DNA of 64,000 nucleotides from Cetorhinus maximus (lineage: Eukaryota): the NCBI RefSeq assembly GCF_964194155.1, contig NC_135879.1:96224001-96288000 (forward strand), read 5' to 3'. The notes under the pieces are model-generated. The model did not search any database and had not been told where the DNA came from. It saw only the letters and a program-made list of their open reading frames with translations. How positions within the stretch are numbered: position 1 is the first letter of the stretch; every line of letters starts with the position of its first letter. Positions 24,619 through 37,309 of the stretch are shown piece after piece. The position numbers and the translations under genes were made by a program.

Positions 24619-25915
24619 CCCATACCCTGGGAATGACCTTATTTGGATATCCTGGGCAATTGCAGAGAAGAGGTCGCATGACAAGCCAACACTTTGTAAG
24701 TTTAAGCACCCGTTTCTCTGCAGAACTGTGGTCAAGCATCTGAGGTGCTAAAAGAGGGGGCCTAAGTGGGGTTTCCTCTGCCACTTCTCCAACCCACCTT
24801 TGAGCTTCGAACCTTGTTTGCTGTCCATGCCCATCCAGAGATGCACCAGCTGCAAACAGACTTCTTAAAAGACTTCAACCCAGCACTACCATCTCCAGAA
24901 GAACAACAAAATCAGCTAGCTACATCTTTAAAATGAAAAAGATGCACAGTTATCTGATTTCAAGGTAGAATGGTTTCAGCATGTATTGCAACCATCCATT
25001 ACACAAATTTATATGGAGCATTTTTTTTCAAAGGGCTGTACCATGGTCAACAAGAATAATTGTCTAGAATGATGCAATACTGCCTGAAGAAGAATTGTGG
25101 TTGGGTTAAATTAGCCTTATGACCCAGGTTCTTTTGCCTCCACCGTCTGGCTGGTATTGCAGCTTCTTGCTCTTCACTATGAAAGCATAAAATCAATGCT
25201 GGTAGGCATGCAGAAATGCCAAAATGAATGGAAATGTTGAGCAGCAAAATATTGCTAATATTCTATAATCCCTTTCAACCTGTCAGGACAATCAACAACA
25301 TATTTTCAACATTTTAAATGCACATTTTATATTCTTATGAATAGATTTCTGTGCTTCCTACCTGAACTTGGAAGCATAACCATTTATTGAGATTATATTC
25401 CTTCAGAGTCGCCATCCCCCTTGACTATTCAGGTCACAATGTTGATCTAATGGCAAGTGACAATTCGAGCTAACGTAATTACCACATACATGCAATGACA
25501 TTTTTCGTACGAAACACCATTTCAAAGAATATTATTCTGCTTAAATCTTGACCCTTATTGTGAATAAGTGCAGCTACGTATGCAACTGACACTGGTGTTC
25601 TCTTAAACAACGCCATTATGATTTTATTTTTTGCGCAAATCCACATAATACCTTACTGTTTCTTGGATAATCACTATCTAGTTTTGGGAAGGAGCATAGA
25701 AGTTAACGACTATTCACCATCACATTGGCATTAATGAGTAATGCAGTTGAAATTGCAAATTGTGTATCTGGACCTCACTGAGTAATATCTTCCAAATGTC
25801 AGTGATGACAGCAGCAAGATAAAAGCAAAAAACTGCAAATGCTGGAAATCCAAAACAAAAACAAAAATACCTGGAAAAACTCAGCAGGTCTGGCAGCATC
25901 TGTGGAGAGGAACAC

Positions 25916-25954
25916 AGTTAACGTTTCAAGTCCGCATGACTCTTCAACAGAACT
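25916..25954 (-). ncRNA. Hammerhead-like motif, variant core CUGUUGA
   Basis: agtt CTGTTGA a gagtc-atgcg-gactt GAA ACGT T aact. Confidence 0.6.
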
Positions 25955-26262
25955 AAGGAATAATAGAAAAGGGGTGAAATATAAGCTGGTTTAAGGGTGG
26001 GGGGGTGGGACAAGAAGAGCTGGATAGAGGGCCAGTGATAGGTGGAGATAACCAAAAGATGTCACAGACAAAAGGACAAAGAGGTGTTGAAGGTGGTGAT
26101 ATTATCTAAAGGAATGTGCTAATTAAGGGTAGAAAGCAGGACAAGCATGGGAAGATGCCGTGGGAGGGGGTTGAGGTGTAGGGGGTGATGGAGGAGTGGA
26201 CCAGGGTGTCACGGAGGGAATGATCCCTACGGAGTGCCGCCAGGGGGGAGTGAAGGGAAGAT

Positions 26263-26883
26263 GTCCCCCTTGTCCTCACTTATCACCCCACCAGCCTCCA
26301 CATTCAAAGGATCATCCTCCGCCATTTCCGCCAACTCCAGCATGATGCCACCACCAAATACATCTTCCCTTCACCCCCCCCGGCGGCATTCCGTAGGGAT
26401 CGTTCCCTCTGTGACACCCTGATCCACTCCTCCATCACCCCCTACACCTCAACCCCCTCCCACGGCACCTTCCCATGCAACCGCAGAAGATGCAACATCT
26501 GCCCCTTTACTTCCCCTCTCCTCACCGTCCAAGGGCCCAAACACTCCTTTCAAGTGAAGCAGCATTTCACTTGCACTTCCCTCAACTTAGTCTACTGCAT
26601 TCATTGCTCCCAATGCGGTTTCCTCTACATTGGAGAGACCAAACGCAGACTGGGTGACCGCTTTGCAGAACACCTTCGGTCTGTCCGCAAGCATTACCCA
26701 GACCTCCCTGTCACTTGCCATTTCAACACTCCACCCTGCTCTCATGCCCACATGTCCGTCCTTGGCTTGCTGCATTGTTCCAGTGAAGCTCAACGCAAAC
26801 TGGGAGAACAGCACCTCATCTTCCGACTAGGCACTTTACAGCCTTCCGGACTGAATATTGAGTTCAACAATTTTAGATCATGA
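26263..26883 (+). pseudogene. 5'-truncated but open Penelope ORF C-terminus: Cys-rich linker + GIY-YIG endonuclease
   Basis: Stop-free frame: VPLVLTYHP...GTFPCNRRRCNICP...NLVYCIHCSQCGFLYIGETKRRLGDRFAEH...GLN. No start codon or RT domain. Confidence 0.9.
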
Positions 26884-27267
26884 ACTCTCTCCTCCATCCC
26901 CACCCCCTTTCTTACTTTCCCCCTCCTTTTTGTTTTTTCCAATAATTTATATAGATTTTTCTTTTCCCACCTATTTCCATTATTTTTAAATGTATTTCCA
27001 TCCATTGTTTTATCTCTACCTTTTAGCCTTTTTCGATTCCTTCACCCCACCCCCACTAGAGCTATCTGTACCTTGCTCGTCCTGCTTTCTACCCACAATT
27101 AGCACATTCCTTTAGATAATATCACCACCTTCAACACCTCTTTGTTCTTTTGTCTGTGACATCTTTTGGTTATCTCCACCTATCACTGGCCCTCTATCCA
27201 GCTCTTCTTGTCCCACCCGCCACCCCCTTAAACCAGCTTATATTTCACCCCTTTTCTATTTTTCCTT

Positions 27268-27306
27268 AGTTCTGTTGAAGAGTCATGCGGACTCGAAATG
27301 TTAACT
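27268..27306 (+). ncRNA. Hammerhead-like motif, variant core CUGUUGA
   Basis: agtt CTGTTGA a gagtc-atgcg-gactc GAA ATGT T aact. Confidence 0.6.
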
Positions 27307-27735
27307 GTATTCCTCTCCACAGATGCTGCCAGACCTGCTGAGTTTTTCCAGGTATTTTTGTTTTTGTCAGTGATGACAGTTCTGGAGAGCATCAACAGAC
27401 ATTTAGTTTACCACATTGCCATGGCAACCACAGTATTGACACTGACACTATAAAGCAATCAAGGAAGCATTTCTTTCTCAGAGGCTACACACGCTATCCC
27501 GAACACCCATATGAACAGAATCAGACATGAAGCAATTACTTTTCCCAGGTTTTGACCTGGTTGGATTGCATAATCCCTCCAAACAAACTGGGGAGGCTAC
27601 AGTGAGTAGATATATAGCCAAAACCCTATCACTTAAAAATGTTTATTCAGTTGTGTGATCCGCCCCAACAGTTTCTACACTGTTCTATTTTTGTTAATTA
27701 AGGGTATTAATTGAGAAAACCAAGCAGAATAAATT

Positions 27736-28452
27736 GGGCAGAATCTTACATTCCACCACCGGCAGGTTGAAGGCAGGGGGTGGTCATAAAATTCCTCGGA
27801 TGGCATTCCCACTAGGCTCTCACCTGCCCCGAACTCTCTGCAATTTTACAGTGGGATGGATGAGGCCTAGGCCGGTCCCACTGCCCTTGGCCCAATAGAG
27901 GCCCTTAAGTTGCCAATTAATGACTACTTAAGGGCCGTTTGCCACCCAGCCTCAATTTTCAGACTGGTGGAAGGAGTTCAGGGACAGAGTGGAATCCTGA
28001 AAAGTGACCTAACTCAGGCCTCAGGCAGGAAGAGGGGTGAGGGTGTGCACCTTCATCGGCCGCAGCCCCCTCCCCTGCGGGTGCTCCACACCCCCACAAC
28101 AGCCACTCCACCAACAACCCTACCCCACTCTGCCCACCTCCCTAGGCCCTACCCGTCATGAGAACCCCAAAACTTACCCGGTTCTGGACTCCTGGGAGTT
28201 AGACTCTGGAGACTGCATTCCCTGACCTGTCCACTGCAGCTTCAGGTACTGCTGGGACAAGAGAGCTACTGGCTGGTAGCTCTCTGAGGCAGGACTTCCT
28301 CCCGAGTGAGGGGCAAAAGTTCGGCCTTGAGCCAATCAACATTCGTTGGACTGTTAAGTGGCTGTGGGGCAGCAAGTATCGGTGGCACTGAGTTCGCTGC
28401 TGACTCCTCGAATGGCAGGAAGAGAAACGCAGCCATCCAAAAAGTCCTGGCC
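27736..28452. mobile_element. Harbinger-type MITE
   Basis: TIRs gggcagaatctt / aaagtcctggcc; flanks att/atg. Confidence 0.6.
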
Positions 28453-28714
28453 ATGAAGTTGAGATACAGATCAGTCTAATTTTAACTGAATGACTGGACA
28501 GGGCACATGGGGATAAATATCCAACTGTGGAGGCGCACAATTGGTATAAAGCTACTAGCCCACAGGAAGGCAGGGCACTTAGCAGCTTAATGGCTAGAGG
28601 CTGATTAAAGTGGTATGGAGCAATAAAAGGTAATTAGGAGAGCTGTCGCAGAATTATTGTTTACTGGCCCTGAGTTACTATGTATTTTGGCTGCTCCTGA
28701 TACTTTAAAAAAAC

Positions 28715-28862
28715 AATAAAACATCGCAGATGTGGAAATCTGAAATAAGGATAGAATTAACATTTCAGGCTGATGATCTTTCATTGGAAGCATTGCTGTG
28801 TTTCTCTCTCCACATATGTTGCTTGACCTGCCAACTGTTTCCAGCATTTAGTATTTTTGTTC
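28715..28862. mobile_element. Old inverted Penelope-tail fragment
   Basis: gcagatgtggaaatctgaaat... followed by ...ctctccacatatgttgc...ttccagcattt in the opposite orientation. Confidence 0.55.
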
Positions 28863-29136
28863 TACTTAGCTTTAAACTGTTCAAACTTAAAGCTGCCTGA
28901 AGGTTTTGATTTTAAAAAATACTTAAATTGTGTTTTGACTGAAATGTGCTCTTGTATATAAACATGCTTTGCCGATTTTAAAGTGTCATTTCTTTATAGT
29001 GGTTTTTTGTTCATATGGACGACAACAAATGGAAGAATTGGCAAACGTTGAAATATTTCTGCGGGCCGTGGCAAAGTGGAAGGCAGTGTTGTACCCTGCA
29101 CTGCGCAAAATATTCCCAAGAACAACTAGGCACATA

Positions 29137-29731
29137 GAGCAGGATGTTATGTCCTGCGGGCGGGCGCGCGCACTCCTGACCCAATGAGGCGTAAATTGGG
29201 CGCGCGATGATGTCGGGCAAGTTCCCCATGTCATTGCGCACTCATGCGATATTTCGGTTGGGCATACACGAGAGTCAGCAGCGCGCCCGCCGACAATTAA
29301 GATTAAGGCCTTTAATCAAATAATTGAATGTTACTTTTCACTGCTCGTCCACCCTTATGGTTGGCAGGCGGGCAAATCAACCAGGTGGCCTTTGGATTTT
29401 TTATGAGACCTCATCCACGGGCGAGTTGAGGTTTCCAGCAGTAATTTTTTTTGAACTAAAAATTTTTACACAGCATTTTTAATCTGTCTCTGTTCATGTG
29501 ATTGAGTCACATGTGGGGACATGTTTTTCTCATTTTTAAAATCTTTATTTTTATTTCCAGAATTCTTCACCTCCCTGAAGCAGCTCTGTGTCCTCAGGGA
29601 GCTGTCAGTGTGCGCTCTGCCACGCATGCTCAGACTTCTGCGCTTGCCCTCCTCCCACCCACACCCCGGCAGCGCTGAGTTACTCAGCATGCATTTCATG
29701 CTGGCTGGCCATTAATTGGAAAATCCTGCCT
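29137..29731. mobile_element. Harbinger-type MITE
   Basis: TIRs gagcaggatgtt / aaaatcctgcct; TSD ata at 29134-29136 and 29732-29734; homologous to 16574-17270. Confidence 0.8.
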
Positions 29732-29860
29732 ATAATGTGGCAGCAGATAACAGAAGTACTGGGCTCTGCTACACTTCTCCAATCAAAGTGCCTGGATGCA
29801 TGACTGGAAGAAATTCATTGAGCTCATCAGAAGGATCAAGGGAGGGCACTGAAATACTGT

Positions 29861-31118
29861 GGGCAGAATCATTCCAGATTTGCAGAAAGTGCAGGAGCCA
29901 GCTGCAATGGCGGCTTCTCATGTCGTATCATCCCAATTCCGCCGCATTAATTATGCATTCCCGGGAAACACGCAGTTTCTAAAGCGGGAGGACTCTCATT
30001 TGCCCACCACACCGTCACTTCGCCACTTCATCACACCGGGCGCTAAATTTAAAGTACAGCCGTGTGCACACCTCTCAGTGCTTCCAGCCCAGGACTGCTG
30101 CAAATAAGACATGGTTCCGAAAGGCAAGAAAGACTGCAGCCCTCAGGTTTAGTGACGCGTTCCTCAAGGGCCTTTTGGACGCTGTGGAGGCCCGCTGTGA
30201 TGTCCTCTACCCCCACTCTGGCTGCAGGAGGGGCAGCTACATTACCACTCCGGCTTGGTTGGCAACAGCAGTGGTGATCAGTGCCAATGCTGCACAGAAG
30301 AAGTTGGCCATCCAATGCAGATAGAGGATGAATGATCTCATTCATGCCACCAGGTTAACGCAACCATCTCATCAGTCTAAACTCACACTCAAACCCATCA
30401 CGCATTCACTGGTATCTCACTCACCTCCAGCTCAAGGGACATCACCACTCACTCTCTCACACACACCCTCACATCTCCTCTGGCCTCATTTTCTCTGGCG
30501 ACTGCCTCCTCAGCCCTCACCATCTTGAGTCCATTTGCACAGATCAATTTGTGCCCCCACACACACCCTGGCTTACCACCCCTTCCCCAGTACAGCCCTC
30601 ACCCTGCAGCCTCTTCCCTTCTCCTGAGACCACTTCTCCCCCTTCTCCAAGCAAGCCCTAGCTCTGCAGCCATTGAAAAGCCACCCCCGCCTTATGGCTA
30701 GTCTGATAGATAGAGACCTGCCCATGAGCCTCCCTAAAAGTGATGTGGTGCTGTCTGCGAAGCCTGGTGCTGATGACTACGAGTGCTGCCTGAAGAAAGG
30801 TAGGCAAACAAACCTTGAAGTCCCAAGCGAAGTGCAGCTCTCCAGGTGCACGTCACTTATGTACAGTTGTGAAACACGTCGGCGTGCAATCACAGCGATT
30901 TGGGCAGACAATCCAGCATTGGGGGGGATGAGTCCGGCAGGCTGACCTTATAATGATATGCAGGTGTATTACAATGATGTTCCTGATGTCTGATGGTGGG
31001 AAACGTGGTCCACCATCGACGGGCTGAGCGGATGATCACAAATGGTTTCACGACATCATGAAACCAATTTTTGGCCTTCTCGCCATCTTGTCCGCTCACA
31101 CCGCTGGGCACGTCAGCC
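29861..31118 (+). mobile_element. Non-autonomous Harbinger derivative carrying Myb/SANT exon 1
   Basis: TIR gggcagaatcattccag; flanks tgt/tat; exon ALRFSD...LLDAVEARCDVLYP...AW...QCR*RMNDL (30111-30353). A second copy lies at 55675-56636. Confidence 0.75.
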
Positions 31119-31204
31119 TATATTTCACCTTAATAATTTTTCCTTCACAATCTCTTTCAGTTTACAAGTTTATGATCTTCCTGTCTTCACTTTTTAAAAT
31201 CTTT

Positions 31205-34066
31205 TGTAGTAACTCGATGTATTGTCCCTCTCTCCTATCAATCACTCATCATGTGATGCAGGTTGGAAAACCTGGGAATAATTCAGCCTGTCCGGTTTTC
31301 CGAGTGGGCCGTGCTCATAGTTCCAATTGTCAAGCCAGACCAGACTACACACATATGCGGTGACTACAAACTGACAATCAACAAAGCAGCAAAGTTAGAC
31401 AAATATCCCATTCCCAGAATCGATGACTTGTACGCCAAGTTAGCAGGAGGCAAGTCATTTACAAAACTAGACATGAGTCATGTCTATCAATGATTGGAAT
31501 TGGATAACACATCAAGAGAATACATGACAATTAATACCCAAAAAAGGCCTTTACCAGTACATCCGATTCCCTTTTGGAGCTTCATCAGCATGCGTTGTTT
31601 TTCAGCATGGAGACTCTCCTGCAAAGACTTCCTCGTGGCCGTTTACTTAGATGACATTCTTATCACTGGACTGACTGAAGCTGAACATTTAGCCAACCTT
31701 GAGGAAGCGCTGAGAAGGTTTATGGAAGCAGGTGTGCGTTTGAAGCAAGAAAAATGCACATTTCTAGCATCAGAGGTAATCTACCTGGGCCACAGAGTGG
31801 ACACCATGGGGTCGCTTCCTGTTGAAGCAATTAAAGATACAGCATCACCCTATAATGTGACAGAATTTAAATCTTTCCCAGGTATGATTAAGTGTTATAG
31901 CCAGTTTTTACCTAATCTATCCACTATGCTGGACCACTACATTTGTTGCTGAGGAAGAACCTCCACTGGTCCTGGGGTTCACAGCAAGAAGAAGCCTTTG
32001 TAAGAGCGAAGAAACTGCTTCATTCATCATGCTCATTGGTACATTATGACCCATCTAAAGAGCTAGTGTTGACGTGTGATGCTTCTTCTTATGGTGCAGG
32101 AGCTGTTCTATCATATCAAATGGAGGACGGATCAGAAAAAGTCATTGGGCTATGTTTCAGGAACACTTTCCCAAGCTGAAAAGGGCTACTCTCAGTTGGA
32201 AAAAGAAGGATTGTCGATTGTATTTGGTGTCAAAAAGTTTCACCAATGCCTACATGGGCGACATTTTACAATTGTGTCTGACCATGAGCCACTGACGGAT
32301 TTGTTCAGCAAAGATGAAGCTATTCCACCTGTAGCTTCAGCAAGAATCCAACTTTGGGCTTTGATGCTATCAGTTTACAAATACACATTCATGCACCCTC
32401 TGGCTCACATACAGCCAATGCAGATGCACTTAGTCATCTTCCATTACCACGTAGTCTTGTCAATACACCCATTCCACAAGAATTAGTATTATTGTTAAAT
32501 TTCTTGGATTCATCACCTATATGTGCCAAACAGATCAAGATTTGGACAAACAGAGACCCAGTACTGTCAAAAGTCAAAGACTTTGTTTTACAAGGTTGGC
32601 CAATAACACTTGTGTCTGATGACTTACGGTCACTTTATTTCAGAAACACTGAACTGAATTGTCAAGACGGAATTTTGCTGTGGGGTTCAGGAGTCATGAT
32701 CCCATCACAGGGTAGAGACTCACTCTTGGCAGGGCTCCACAGTGCACACCAGGTATATCGAAGATGAAGATTCTGGCACGTAACTGCGTCTGGTGGTCAG
32801 GAATAGACAGTGACATTGAGAGCATGGTTAAACACTGCTCCCTTTGCCAGAAGCACCAGAAGCCACCTGTTTCAGCTCCTCTTCACCCATGGGAATGGCC
32901 TGGTCAACCTTGGGATAGACTGCATGTTGACTATGTGGGACCATTCCTAGGCACCATGTTCCTATTAATCATCAATGCACATTCAAAATGACTTGATGTC
33001 TACGAAGTAAAAATGCCAACTTCAGCCGCAACTGTTGAAAAGCTGCGTCATTTCTTCAGTATAGATGGTTTACCTGAGATTATTGTTTCTGATAATGGAA
33101 CAGCTTTCACAGCATGGAATTTCAGAGATTCATGGAACTGAACGGTATCCAGCACATAAAGACTGCTCCCTGGCATCCTTCATCCAACGGTCTTGTCGAA
33201 AGAGCTGTCCAGACCTTCAAAGCTGATATGAAGAAGTTATCTGGAGGTACTCTGGAGTCTCACCTTTCCCGATTTCTCCTATTACCGTACAACACCACAT
33301 ATTACTATGGGCTCAGCATCATCAGAGTTACTGATAAAACGTTGTTTGCGTACATGTTTACACTTGGTGTTTCCAAATCTAGAGGGGAAGGTAACACAGA
33401 GCCAGAATAATTAAAAATTGAACCATGATCTACACAGCAAGGCTCATACATTTCATATAGGCGACCCTGTGTACATGCGTAATTTTGGAAGTGGACCCTG
33501 TTGGACTCCAGAAGCCATAATTTCAGAGACTGGTCCATTATCTTTTCAAGTGCAAGATCATCTTGTGAATGATGTTTTGCTGCCGACTTCTGAGGCGTGT
33601 GATCATCCTAGAGCTAATTCCAGGCGTATCTAACGAGTTGCCAAATACAGAACTACCCAGTTCCAATGATGTATCTCCTCGTGCAGCTCCAGATCCCGTT
33701 AATCCTGTTCAGGAACCTTCTTCGGTAGAGCTACACTGCTCTAACTGTCTCTGCCAAGCTCCTCAGAGACTTGATTTGTAATCACCAGAGACTGCAAAGG
33801 TTTGCTGGTTTTTCTGACTTTTTTTATTGTAAATGTAAGAAACTTACAGGTGGAGGAAGTGTAGTAGCTAGATGTATTGTCCCTCCCTCCTGTCAATCAC
33901 TCATCATGTGATGCGATTACAGGGGCCTCGACGAATAAGCTTATTGCTTGGGTAATCCTATGGGCGGGGCTTCTGATGGAGAGATCGCATCTAGCGATCC
34001 TAAATGCCTCCTAAATAAAGTTTAGCCTGTTCTTCACCGAACCTGCTGCTCCATCAAGTTATCATA
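31205..34066 (+). mobile_element. Gypsy/Ty3 LTR retrotransposon with gag-protease deletion
   Basis: 5' LTR stub 31205-31259 matches the 3' LTR start at 33860 (tgtagta...catgtgatgc). PPT ggtggaggaag precedes the 3' LTR. Similar flanks tcttt/tcttc. Confidence 0.9.
31260..33560 (+). pseudogene. pol: Gypsy pol pseudogene: RT, RNase H, integrase
   Basis: ICGDYK, YPIPRIDDL, VYLDDILITG, TCDASSYG, EKEGL, ADALS, H..H/C..C zinc finger, LHVDY, SDNG, SNGLVER; many frameshifts. Confidence 0.92.
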
Positions 34067-34859
34067 TCTTCTTTCAGTGTCATACATCTTCACAGGCCAA
34101 ATAAGCCCAGTGCTTTAATGGTTCATCTTCAGAATGTAATATCTTTTCCTCTTACCACTGCCCTTCAATGTCATTTTTCAATACGTTATAGCTCTCATCT
34201 CCGTTTTATTTCTTACAGGAGAATGCATGTCACAAAAGAAGGTAACATTGGATAACAGGAGATGGGGAAGTCTCCTTAAGATACCTCACCCACTTTGAGG
34301 AGCAGACTACCTCCATCAAAGGGTACCAAATCCTCAAGATTGCAGGATATTGAAAGCAGAAGAGCAAGACCCAGTAAGAGGTTAATATCCTAAGGCTTCT
34401 TACAGTGCAGTACAATGCCCCATTTGAGGAACCTTTTCAAACAGACTAGGAACATGTGAAATACTTGGCCATGTCAGGTTAGTATGACCATTCTAAGCTA
34501 CTTGTAGTTGCTCTTTCCTTTTTATCCTCTTCAGGATCCCCTCAGACTTCACGAGCTGCCACCTCCAACACTCACCTAACACCAGTCCTGGAGAAGGTTC
34601 TAGGGTAAGGAACATAACTCATGGACATGGAGATATTTTCAAAGACAAACTGAGCTTGCATGATGTCAGTATGAGCTTCCAATGCATCACTCAGATGTTG
34701 GGTGGCTTCTGCTTGGGCTGCAATGGAAGCTGAGATATCAGCCCTCAGATGATGATGCATCATGGTTGGATTTGCAAGTGTTTTCATGGAATTGGCCACC
34801 ACTTCCACGCAGGAAAGGCCAGGGAAAGCCATGTACAAGGATAGTCTCAGACTTCTCTA

Positions 34860-35335
34860 TGCTAACATTTATATTGTGCCTTTAACGTAATAAAATATCC
34901 CAAGACACTTTACAAAAGCATTAGGAAACATAACTTGACACTGAGTCAAAAAAGGAGATATTAGGCCAGATGACTAAAAGCTTGGTCAAAGAGGTAGGTT
35001 TGAAGGAGCATCTTAATGAAGGAAAAAGATGAAGAGAGGTGAAGAAGCTTAGGGAGGGAATTCAAGAACTTAGGACCTAGGCAGTTGAAGGTACAGCCAC
35101 CAGTGGTTAAGTGATCAAAATCAAGAACGCTCAAGAGACCAGAATTGGCAGAGCACAGAGATCTAGGGAGGGTTGTTGTGCTGAAGGAGATTACAGAGAA
35201 AGGGAGGGGTGAAACAATGGAATAATTTGAAAACAAGGATGAGAATTTTAAAATCAAGGAACTACTTGCCAGGAGCCAATGTAAATTAGTAAACATAGGA
35301 GAGGTCTGTGAATGGGTCTTGGTGTGAGTTGGGAT
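34860..35335 (-). mobile_element. L2 LINE 3' end
   Basis: LHWL...CSANSGLL...GG..F...P...NSLP...K..L.TYLF, with tail ...aaaggcacaatataaatg. Confidence 0.75.
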
Positions 35336-35339
35336 GCTA

Positions 35340-35530
35340 AGCTGTTTTTCTTCGAAATAGTACTCTTGGATCCTATGTCCACTTTAGAAAACAGGTAGGG
35401 CCTCGGTTTAACATCTCCTACTGGAGGCACTTCCTCCATACTGCACTGGAGTGTTAGCCTAGACTTTTGCACTCAAGTCTCTGGAAAGTGACTTGTACCC
35501 ATATCCTTCTGACTCAGAGCTGAGAGAGGT
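35340..35530 (-). mobile_element. Deu-domain SINE 5' half
   Basis: Minus strand: ctgagtcagaagg...tacaagtcac...tccagtgcagta...gatgttaaaccgaggccc. Confidence 0.7.
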
Positions 35531-36382
35531 ATGATTTTCAGCATGATCATTGGTGAAGCATCTGTCAATGAGTAATTAGAATAAAGATAGTTCCCGATGA
35601 TGATTTGGGGATATGTTTGGCCTCTGATTACTACAACCACCTCCTTTTAGTTAGGTGTGACTCCAGCCATTAGAGGGTTCTTCTTTTGATTCCTTTTGCT
35701 CTCAATTTTGTTAGAATTTTTTGAAAGTTGGCTTTCTGTTGAGGGAAGCAACTCTCACTTCACTGGGGTTTAACTCATCTCCATGCCTGGGAATGGTCTG
35801 GAGCAGCCTTATAGTAATTCATAACAGTCAAGATTTTAAGCATGCTATTTGGAAATTCTGGCTTTTAAAATAAATCCATTCTGTGGAATCGGTAAGTATA
35901 AAAATGATTGAAGTCTTTGTTGAATTCTCATCAGAACATCTCTGAACTCAAGCTGAGTTCCATTAACTCTTTCAAAAAGCAGAATAATTACTGATTAGTA
36001 GCAATTATTTCTAATCCCTGTTTGCTTCACCCGCTCATTCCCAGAGGTCAGTAACAACTTGACATTAATTGTGAACTTTGCATATTCTCCTAAAAATAGG
36101 CAAATAATGTTGGAAACTTTCCTACAAATCATCTACATACATTAAAAATAGGTGAAGTATTGGAGCTATTTGTTCAGTAGAAATTATTCAAAATATAAGA
36201 AGTAGGATTTTAGTACCTGAAAAACATGAGGTTAGAACAACATTCTGAAGCATTAGAAATTTAAACAATTACATCTTTATAATGTTGAAAGTGGTTCAGC
36301 ATTATAATACATAGCATATTGTACAGGTGAAGGTGGATTATTATATTAGTTTATTGAAGTGCATAAAGACTACCCTAACATA

Positions 36383-37057
36383 GGGTTGGATTTTACGTGG
36401 AAACAAATGCCCTGCCCCCGACGGAACAGTGGTCTTTAGCCCACTGACTCTAAAGCCAGCTGCTGTGCAGCGATATTACACTGGGAGCAGCCTTAATTGT
36501 TTCAGAGTGAGACCCCCAACCCCATCTGGGAGCACGTCCCAGTAGCATCAGGGTCAAACAGTGGTCACTGCTGAAACTATAGACAGTCTCGAAGAAGAAG
36601 TGATGCAGCTCAGATTCAGACGTAAGTCCAGTATTTTGGACAGGCCTGGTTGGGAGACCCCAGCAAGGGGCAGAGGGGGTGAGGACCGGGTTCTAGAGGC
36701 TGGGGGTGTAGTGTTATAGGGGGTTACGATCTTGGAACTGGTGCCTCCATTGGGCACATGGGACCCCCAAAGGAGATACTCCACCCCAGCTTCCTGCCTG
36801 ACAGCAGTCACCACAGTGAAAACTGCCAGTCTGCCAACCTTGCCTCCGCCTTCCCCTACATCATGTAATATAGCACAGAGTCAGAATGACCTCAATAGGC
36901 CCAAGGACGGGTGGCATGCTTGGTACCTTCCCTGCCAGCGTAATATGGAAGACAGGTCAGGGGTGGGTGGAAAGGCAGTGGGAAGGCCACCCATTTTCTT
37001 TTATGAGCCCCCTTTGCCTTCAAATATATGTCAGCAAGGGATCATATAATCCTGCCC
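36383..37057. mobile_element. Old Harbinger-type MITE
   Basis: TIRs gggttggattttac / tataatcctgccc; flanks ata/att. Confidence 0.6.
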
Positions 37058-37309
37058 ATTCTGTCTTTGGAGTTATCTTTTATTTGTTCCATTGAAATCA
37101 AATTTAGCTATTTATTTCCAACATCAGGATTTTTAATAACACTTCATAATTATAAATTGCCACACTGTAATGAACTGAATTCATAAGCATTAGTTTGGAG
37201 GAGGCACCAATTTAGAATAGCTATAATCACCATTTTGAGAATACAAAACACTCAAATATGAGTAAATTTAAATTTCAGATCCTGACCATTTCTTTTCATA
37301 GCTTAAGTT

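Larger units (their letters stand above)
25812..27364. mobile_element. Young Neptune-type Penelope-like element with inverted 5' segments
   Basis: Plus body 26263-27364; inverted tail 25820-26146; inverted coding piece ~26147-26262. 15-bp TSD tgtcagtgatgacag at 25797-25811 and 27365-27379. Confidence 0.92.
29020..34860 (+). pseudogene. Highly decayed Harbinger Myb/SANT gene, split by three later insertions
   Basis: VEIFLRAV..WKAVLYP (29040-29130), then WQQITEV...KKF.ELIRR (29735-29840). Exon-2-like sequence follows acceptor tttcttacag (~34218) with LTHFEE; further pieces run to ~34860. Confidence 0.5.

Noticed and set aside
28969-29187. 72-aa ORF as a host exon
   Set aside because: Its N-terminal part resembles the Harbinger Myb exon and its C-terminal part runs into a MITE.
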